This document shows positions 52,347 to 61,300 of a stretch of DNA of 64,000 nucleotides, piece after piece. The position numbers and the translations under genes were made by a program. Each line of letters begins with the position of its first letter. Position 1 is the stretch's first letter. The stretch comes from Prorocentrum cordatum (Eukaryota), in assembly GCA_963575745.1 (NCBI GenBank), contig CAUYUJ010000003.1, forward strand, positions 1,240,001 to 1,304,000. Direction: 5' to 3'. The notes below the pieces were generated by a model. That model did no database searches, was not told the origin of the DNA, and saw only the letters and a program-made list of their open reading frames with translations.

Positions 52347-55300
52347 TGCCGACACCGTCGGAGCGCCCGTCGTGTTTGCCGCCGCCACGGGGCAGTGGGG
52401 ACAGTGGGGACAATGGGCAGAAAGGGACCATGGTGGGGACAGTGGTGGGGGCAGTGGGAAGACTGGAACCGTGGTGGGGACAGTGGTGGGGACAGTGGTG
52501 ACAGTGGTGGGAGGAGTGGTAACAGTGGGGACAGTGACAGTGGTGGGTACGGTGGTGGTGGGGACAGTGGCGACGTCGGCGGCGGCGGCGTGGCGGGCGG
52601 GCGGGCGGGCGGGCGGCGACGGCGACGGCGACGGAGACGGAGATGGCGGTGGCTGGTGCAGACCGCGGGACCCCCCAGGCGCTAACCAGCCAACTTGGCG
52701 CAGAACGAGCGCTGGGGCAACTGCGAGTAAGGAGAGGGGGAGGCGGCGGCAGGCGAATCGCGACAGCTCCCGAATGGAGTGCATAACATAAGGCCCATCC
52801 TTGCGGATATCACTCCTTTTGAGGTCCGCGGAGCCCCACGCCATGCTCCCCCCTCTCCAACTAAGGAAACGTCGAGGGGAACGAAAACGGAAACCCCACG
52901 AGCTCGAGTCGTGTGGGAGTGGGGAAAACAAGTGCCCCCCAAAAACCATGTGAGACCTGCCATACTATGGTTCGCACTCCATCAGAAGTCGATTGAACAT
53001 GTCATTACGTAACTGACACTCGATGGCGCAGACAGGCTTCTTGAACGGCAAGGGTATACAGAACTGCCCATGTGCCAGAGTATGACTTTTCCGAGAGGAG
53101 GGCTTCACGTCGAGCAGAGCTGCTGGAAAAAGAAGACACGTTCAATGCCAATGCCTACCTGAGCAGCAAACTACGATCGAGTTTGATTGGAGAGGACGCG
53201 CTAGAGGACACAAGACCCTTACAAGGGCCACATTGCCACAGGCGTGTAACTAGAGGGCAGGGGTCGCGAAACACACGACATAAGGAGAGCATCGTTTGTT
53301 CGCGGCGATAACAATCGTTGTGGAGGGGGGGGGAAGAGGGGGGGCGGGGGAGGCATAGAATAACGCCTCCTCCCCTCGCCGCAGGGGTCCGGCACCCCAG
53401 AGTGCGGTGCCGGACGCACTGCGGCAGTGCCGGGGACGCCGTGGGGAAGGGGAAGCGTTACGTTGTGGGCGGGGGAGGGGGGGGACATAACGCGAGTTAT
53501 GGCCCAGAGGGTGCACTCTCGACCCTCGATTTGGCAGGGCCGATCTACTACTCAAACCCGTCTGTACTCACGGTGCCGCTGAAGTCCCCCAAGCCATTCG
53601 GGGGCGCTGGCCCCCCAGAATCCGCGGGACACCGGGCCGACACAGCCGCCACGTTGGGCTTCCCCTCGCTGCCTATGACGTAGACCCGCTGGGCACTGGG
53701 GTGCTCCCGGCTGATGTAGCGCGCGGCGAACACGCCAGAAGTCGGGGAACAAATGCAGGAAGATAATGTCATGACAGAATTGGCTCAGGATACATTTCAG
53801 GATTTCGAGGATACCCAACGGCCCTTGCCAATGAAGCGCGTGTGGAAAATTTGGGAAGGCTGCAAATCCTGGAAACTTGGAAATCCTGGAACGTATCATT
53901 ATCATGACCTCTTGCTCCTCTGAAAATCCATGGCGCAAACATAAACCGTAGGAGGCCCGCGCGGATGTCTCATAATATCGGCGCCGGACCCCCCTGGCGG
54001 CGCCAGCGGCCGATCCAAGAAATCCACGTGGACCTCCGAACGTTCATGTGTGTGCCATGACTGCTCCCCGAAGCAGGAACGCACTCGTCCGCGACGCAGT
54101 CGACGCCCATGCCAGCGAGCTTCTCCTGCAGCTGCTCGCTGCTCCTGGGGCGGCTCGGCTCGCGGGCGCAACGCACATCCGCATCCGCGGCCTCGCGGGC
54201 CAGGCCCTCGGGCCGCCACGCCGCAGAGACGGGGCGCCGCGCGGAGGGTGTCCGCACGACCGCGTACCCGCGGGATCCCGCCCCGGAGTCCAGACCGCGA
54301 GGGCGCAGACGTGGACACGCTCGCCGCTCGTGATCGGCAGGCAGTGGGCGCTCGGGCAACTCTCGCGGCACGAGAGAGGCGCCGTGCTCAGGGCGAGGCG
54401 GAGCGCCGAGGAAGCGGGCTCGGAGAGGGGAGCGCCGAGGATGGGAGAGCGAAAAGCAGGGAGGGCGAGCAGATGCCTGGAGCTACGACGAGTTTCGGGA
54501 GGGAGAGGCCGGTCCAGAAAGAGAGAAATAGAGAGAGAGAGAGAGCGCCCGAGCCAACGACACCGCCGTCTGGCACCTCGGGCCGTCGGTGGCACGTCTC
54601 TCGGGACTGGCACGGCTGTTGGCCGATTTCCCCCCCTAGATGGGACTTTCTGGTGTTCTTTTCGGGTTCCACGCGGCCTGTCCCCACTGGGGTGGTGGGA
54701 TGGTGGGGCTGAGATACCATGGCCCAGTGGGGACGGAGATCGGTTAAACGAAACTGACTCTGCGTGCATTCAAGACTGTCAGTGCGCCTGTGCCTGCGTG
54801 ATTTCGACGTGAAACCGTACAGGCCACCAGCGGCAATAAACGGGCATCACGGTGAACCCTGGCATGTCACGTCCTCCCTGGCCCCCGCCGAACACCCCTT
54901 GCGAACTGCGCACCTCGGTCCTGGAGGAGGTATTGGTCACAAAGAATACCCTCTTCCCAAGGCTTCGCAAGTACCCGATCGTCTCGGGCACGTGGGGCAG
55001 CAAGTCTCCCGCCTCGGCTACCGCAGAAGGCTCGCAAGACCATCGAATGCGTGAGGCTGGCGCAGGTCAGAAAGCACAATGAGAGAGACAGAGAGAGAGA
55101 GAGACGACGACGACAAGGGAGCAGGTGCTTTGATGGCGACGGCGTGGGAGTGCTGAAAGGGGGGTGTGGATGGACGAGGGACAAGGAAAGGAGCGCTGGC
55201 GGACAGAAGACTGAAGTGCGCGAAAGTGCAGGAGGGGAGGACAGGGGACGACGACAGGATCGAGGAGGCGAAATGAGTGGAGCAGAGGACGGGGAGGGGA

Positions 55301-58300
55301 GGGGGTATGAAGACAGAGGAGGGGAGAGGAGGAGGAGGAGGAGGAGGAGGAAAAAGCAGAGGACCAGTGCACAACCAAGACGCATGAACGATGTTGGAAT
55401 AAAACCTGCCTCCAATCTCCCTCTTCATAGGCCCCTGCAAATATTCCTTTTCAATGAGGGGCGTGCCCCGTTGGGAGACAACCGTTTGAAGATCCTGAGG
55501 CGTGCCAAAACACTATCCTCGGGACTCCAGCGCCACGACTCAATCTGACTATTGCGTCTTGACGACCCCGAATCGTGCCAAAACACCATTCCTGGGACTT
55601 CAACACCGAACATCAACGTAACTGTTGCGCCCTGAGAATCCTGTATCGTTCCAGAAACCATTTCTGATACGTTGCCTATGGGAATCGTGAAGCCCTTGCC
55701 TTGCAAATGTTTAAGACTAATGCGCGCGGCGCTAAGGCGAGAACCACATGTTGAAAAGGAACCGCCCTGAATCAGTGAAACCAGGGAACCCGTACAACGC
55801 GTTTCAGAAGAATGTGCGCGGCGCCGGGGCGAGAGCCATGTTTTGAAAACGGCCCGCCCTCAACTCGGGAAACTCTTGCATTTTTGAAAACGGATGTTCA
55901 CGGCGCTGACGGGCGAGAGCCACATTTTGAAAACCACCCGCCCTCCATCTGTGAACCTGTGCTCAACTGTTGTAAGCTTCGGGGTCATAAACGGCCAAGA
56001 GACGCGTCCAGCGAAACGCCCGGCCGCCCTTCTGACTGGCCCCGGGGCGCGACAGGGAGGAGTGATTGATGCGGAAGAGAAGAAAAAGAAAGAGGATAGT
56101 GGAGGAGGAGAATTGAGAGGGAGGAGCATGGATGAGAATGGGGGAGAATTGATAGGGAGGAGAATGGAGGAGGAGGACGGGAAAAAAGGATTTCTTGGTC
56201 GTCTGCCCCTGGCCGAACTCTGCCGCGCTGCCCCGTGCTCCCCGCAGCCGCAACGCGCGCGCGGCGCGCACTCGGGCCAGGCAGCCCCCCGCGCGCGGCT
56301 GGCCGCGAGAAGGCGGCAGTAAGCGGAGGAGAAGGAGGAGGAGGAGCGAGCGAGGAACGGAGATGGAGAAGGAGGAGGAGGGAAGATTTTCCCGTTGCAC
56401 GGGCTTCAGACCGATTGGCCCTTAGTTAGCACGCGAGCGAGCGAGGAAGAAGGGGAAGAGAAGGAGAAGGAGGAGAAAGGAGGAGGAGGCATGGGGGAGG
56501 AGTAGGAGTAGGAGGAGGAGGAGGAGGAAGAGGAGGAGGAGGAGGACGAGGAGAAAGAGGAGGAAAAAGGGGAGGAGGAGGTGGAGAAGAACGAGGAGAT
56601 GGAGGAGGAGGAGGAGGAGGAGGAGGAGGAGGAGGAGGAGGAGGAGGGGGAGGAGGAGGGAGGAGAAGCGAGGCATGGAGGAGGAGGAGGAGGAGGAGGA
56701 GGAGGAGGAGATTTCCGAGATTTCCCCCCAGGGCCCATTCTGGGATATCTCTTCTTCGAGCGTCTTCCCATTCGAGGTGGCTCTGCATATGTCGTATCGT
56801 GATGGATTCATCGCCTCCTCCCCGATGGTCAATGGCGCCCTTTATCCTCATCCAGATGTCGCCGTTGCCGAAGTGGTACGTTTTAGTCCTGTGTCTTCTA
56901 CGCCTCCAGTTCTTCGCCAATACTTCAGAGTCTGTCCAGTAGATGATGGGACCCTGCGAGTTCTGCAACACGCTGAGTAGTGCCCACATCTCCGCTCGGT
57001 TGTTCGTCTGTCTTGGTCCAGGTAGTGGACCTCGCATAGTTGCTCGTACAGTTGTCTGGTCCATGCACGCCCATCCCCATCCGCACCTGCGGTACCGTCG
57101 GTCTGCTGACATGGCTCCTCCACTGCCGTCGCCGCAGAAGTGTAGTGGGAAGTCGTCTGCGATCAGTTGTCCGTGCAGTACGTCGCCGTCGCAGGTGTGC
57201 GAGGGTTCCGTAGTGCATGGTGGTGGGCGAGAAAGAGGATGAGGAGGCGGAGGAGTAGGAGCAGGAGGAGGAGGAGGAGGAGGAGAAGGAGGAGGAAGGA
57301 GAAGCAAGGCATGGAGGAGAAAAAGGAGGAGGATGAGGAGGAAGAGGATGAGGAGGAAGAACAGGAAGAGGAAGAGGAAGAGGAGAAGGAAGGAGAAGCG
57401 AGGCATGGATAAGGAGGAGGAGGAGGAAGAGGAGGAGGAGGATTAAGAGGAGGAGGAGGAGGAGGAGGAGGAAGAGGAGGAGGAGGAGGAGGAGGAGGAG
57501 CAGGGGAGGAGGAGGAGGGGGAGGAGGCGGAGGAGGAGGCATGAGGAAGAGGGGGAAGAGAAGAGGCAGGAGAAGCGAGGCAAGGAATAGGACAAGGAGG
57601 AAGAGGAGGAGGAGGGGACGAAGGAGGAGACGAAGGAGGAGGAGGAGGAAGAGCAGGAAGAGCAGGAAGCAGGAGAAGCGAGGCATGGAGAAGGAGGATA
57701 AGGAGGTGGAGGAGGAGGACGAGGAGGAAGAGGAGGATGAGGAATGAGGAGGAGGAGTAGGAAGAGGAAGCGGAAGAGGAGGAGGAAGAGAAGGAGGAGG
57801 AGGAGGAGGAGGAGGAGGACGAAAAGGGGGAGGAGGGCGAGGAAGGAGGAACGAGGCACAGGGAATATGGAGGAGGAGGGGAGGAGGAAGATGAGGAACA
57901 GACTGGGGAGGGGGAGGAGGATGAAGAGGAAGAAGAGGAGCAGGAGGATGATGAACGAGGACAAACTGTGCATGGAGGAGGAGGACGAGGAAGAGGTGGA
58001 GGAGGAGAAAGAGGACGGAGAAACGAGGCATGGAGGAGGAGGGGGAAGAGGAGGAGGTGGAGAATAAGGGGAAATAGGAGGAGGAGATGGCTGATTATGA
58101 TGAGGATGAGACGGAGGATGAGGAGGAGGATAAGGAGAAGCGACGCATGGAGGAGGATGGGGCGGAGGAGAAGGAACAGGAGGAGAAGGCGGAGGAGGAC
58201 GAGGAGGACGACGAGGAAGACGAATAGGGGGAGGCGGAGGAAGAGGAGGCGGAAGAGGAGGAAGAGGAAGAGGAGGAGGAGAACCAGGAGGAGGATGAGG

Positions 58301-61300
58301 AGGAGGAGGGGGGGTGAGGAGAGAGGAGAAAGGAGGAGGGGGGGAGGATGAGGATGAAGGAGGCATGGAAAAAAGGAGGAAGATGAAGGGAAGGAGGAGG
58401 AGGAGGAGGAGGAGGAGGAGGAGGAAGAGGCAGAGGAGGCGGATGATGACGAGGAGGAGGACGACGACGAGGAGGATTACGACGAGGACGAATAGGAGGA
58501 GGCGGAGGACGAGGAGGAGGAAGCGGAGGAGGGGGGGAGGAGGAGAAAGGAAAACGGAGGAGGGGGAGGAGGGGGAGGAGGAGAGGAAATGAGGCAGGGA
58601 GAAGGGGGAGCAGGAGGAGGAGGGGGAAGGAGAAGCGAGGCCTGGATGAGGAGGGGCAGGAGGCGGATGAGGAGGAAAAGGATGATGGGGGAGGGAACAG
58701 GAAGAGGGGGATGAGGAGAAGGAGGAGGAAGAATAGAAACGAAGCGTGGCTGAGGAGGAGGAGGATGTGCATGAGGATGATGATGATGGTGCCGGTGCTT
58801 CTAGACATGATGCTGATGCTGCTGATGCTGCTGATGCTGATGATGATGATGCTGGTGATGCTGATGTTGATGATGCTGATGCTGCTGATGATGATAAAGA
58901 AAAGGAGGAGAACGAGGAGGGGGAGGACGAGGAGGAAAAGCGCGCCATGGAGGAGGACGGGGGGGAAAGGAAGGAGGAGGAGGAGGAGGGTGAGAAGCGA
59001 AGAATGGAGGAGGAGTAACACCCTTTAACAAAAAATGTGCGCGGCACTAGGGCGGAAACCGCATGTTGAAAGTGAGCCTCCCTCAACCCGTGAAGCTGTT
59101 GCAAGCTGTTGAAACGAATGTGCGCGGCGCTAAAGCGAGAACCACTTTTTGAAAACGAACCGCCCTCCATCCGTGAAGCTCTTGCAAATGTTCTGAAACA
59201 AATGCGCGCGGCAATATGGCGAGAACCACATTTTGAAAACGAGCCGCCCTCAATCCGTTTCATTCGTGCACCACTTTGGAAACGTTTGCGCGGCGCTGAT
59301 GCGAGGACCGCATTTCGAAAACGAGCCGCCCTCCATCCGTGAAACTATGGCAACGCTTTCCAAACGAATGTGCGCGGCGCTAAGGCGAGAACCGCATTTT
59401 GAACACGAGCACCCCTCAATCCGTTAAACACTGGCAACGTTTTCAAAACCAATGTGCGCGGCGCTGGCGCGAAAACCACATTTTGAGAACGAGCCGCCCC
59501 CCGTCTGTGAATATGTTGCAAACGTTTGAAACCCATGTGCGCGGCGCTAAGGAGACAACCACATTTTGAAAACGAGCCGCCCCCCATCCGTGAAGCCATT
59601 GCAACGTTTTCAAAACGAATGTGCGCGGCGCTGAGCGAAAATCACATTTTGAAAACGAGCCGCCCTCAATATGTGAAGCTCTTGCAAATGCTTGAAACCA
59701 ATGCGCGCGGCGCTAAAGTGAGGGCCACACGTTGAAAACGAGTCGCCCTCCATCCGTGAAACTCTTGCATTTTTTTGTGAAACGAATGTGCGCGGCGCTG
59801 GGGCGAAAACCACATTTCGAAAACGAGCCGCCCTCCATCCGTGAAGTTCTTGCATTTGTTACGAACGTGCGCGGCGCTGAAACGAGAACAACATTATATA
59901 AATCAGCCGCCCTCGATCCGTTAAACTCTTTGTGCGTTTTTTAAACGAATGCGCGCGGCGCTAAAGCGAGAACCACATTTTGAAAACGAGCCGCCCTCCA
60001 TCCGTGAAGCTCTTGCAAATGTTTGAAGCGAATGTGCGCGGCGCTAGGCAACATTCTTAACATTAGCCACCTTTCATCCGTGAAGCTCTTGCAACGCTTC
60101 TGAAACGAATGTGCGCGGCACAGGGGCGAGAACCACATTTTGGAAACGACCCGCCCTCCATCCTTGAAGCTCTTGCATATTACCTAACAGCTTGTACTGA
60201 TAGGTTTCTAGTAGGGTCAGAAGAGAGCATCATGACACCCCAGAGGGGGTCCGGGCGGAAGCCGGTAAAAACCGGGAGAATCCGGCGGAGCTCATTCCGT
60301 GCGTGCAGGTACGCACGGGAGCCACCTCGGCGCCATCGGAGGTGCGTTCCGTGCGTGCAGGCACGCACGGGGGCCACCTCGGCGCCATCGGAGGTGCGTT
60401 CCGTGCGTGCAGGTACGCACGGGGGCCACCTCGGCGCCATCGGAGGTGCGTTCCGCGCGCGCAGGTACGCACGGGAACCACCTCGGCGCCATCGGAGAAG
60501 CGTTCCGCGCGCGCAGGTACGCGCGGGGGCCACCTCGGCGCCATCGGAGGTGAGTTCCGTGGGCGCAGGTACGCACGGGAACCACCTCGGCGCCATCGGA
60601 GGCGCGGCTGAGGCAGGCTGAGGCTGAGGCTGAGGCTGAGGCGCAGGAGTATGCGGGAGCGCAGCAGGCTGAGGCTGAGGCAGGCTGAGGCTGAGGCTGA
60701 GGCTGATGCAGGCTGAGGCTGAGGCAGGCTGAGGCCGAAGGGGTATGCGGGAGCGCAGCAGGCTGAGACTGACGCAGGCTGAGGCTGAGACTGAGGCTGA
60801 TGCAGGCTGAGGCTGACGCAGGCTGAGCTGACTTGTCCTGTGTACCTCTCCAGTGTCACAGAAGATGCATCTGTAGCTTCCTCGTCGCATTAGGGGCTCC
60901 AGCGTCACCGAATGTGTCCTTATACCGTCGCTGTCGTGCCGCGGGGCGCTTCAGCGGGCAATCATGCGCATGAAGTACGCAACGCGCCTGCGCGCTCACG
61001 AAGAGGGCCAGGGCGCCCTGTCGCCTGCGGGCGACCGCGCGGGCTTGCCCCCGCAACAGCCAAAAAGGGCATGCCCACACGCCGGGTACAGCCTAAAAGG
61101 GCTTTCGTCTGCCTGTTCCTTGCCTCCCGCTCTCCTCCTGAGCACGTTTCGTTTGAGGCTGAACCCATTGATAGCAGTGTCTCGTTTGGACTTACATCCA
61201 TTGATAGCAGCGTCTCGTTTGGAATGAACACAAAAACCATGTGCTGTCTCGTTGATAGCAGTGCCTCCTTTGCAGAGACATCAACTATTGATAGCAGCGT

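Noticed and set aside
57443..59263. 606-aa ORF
   Set aside because: Reverse reading of the (GGA)n tract
59030..60180. CRISPR-like regular array
   Set aside because: The whole ~80-bp unit repeats, with no unique spacers and no cas genes; the same applies to the 52-, 73- and 77-bp arrays
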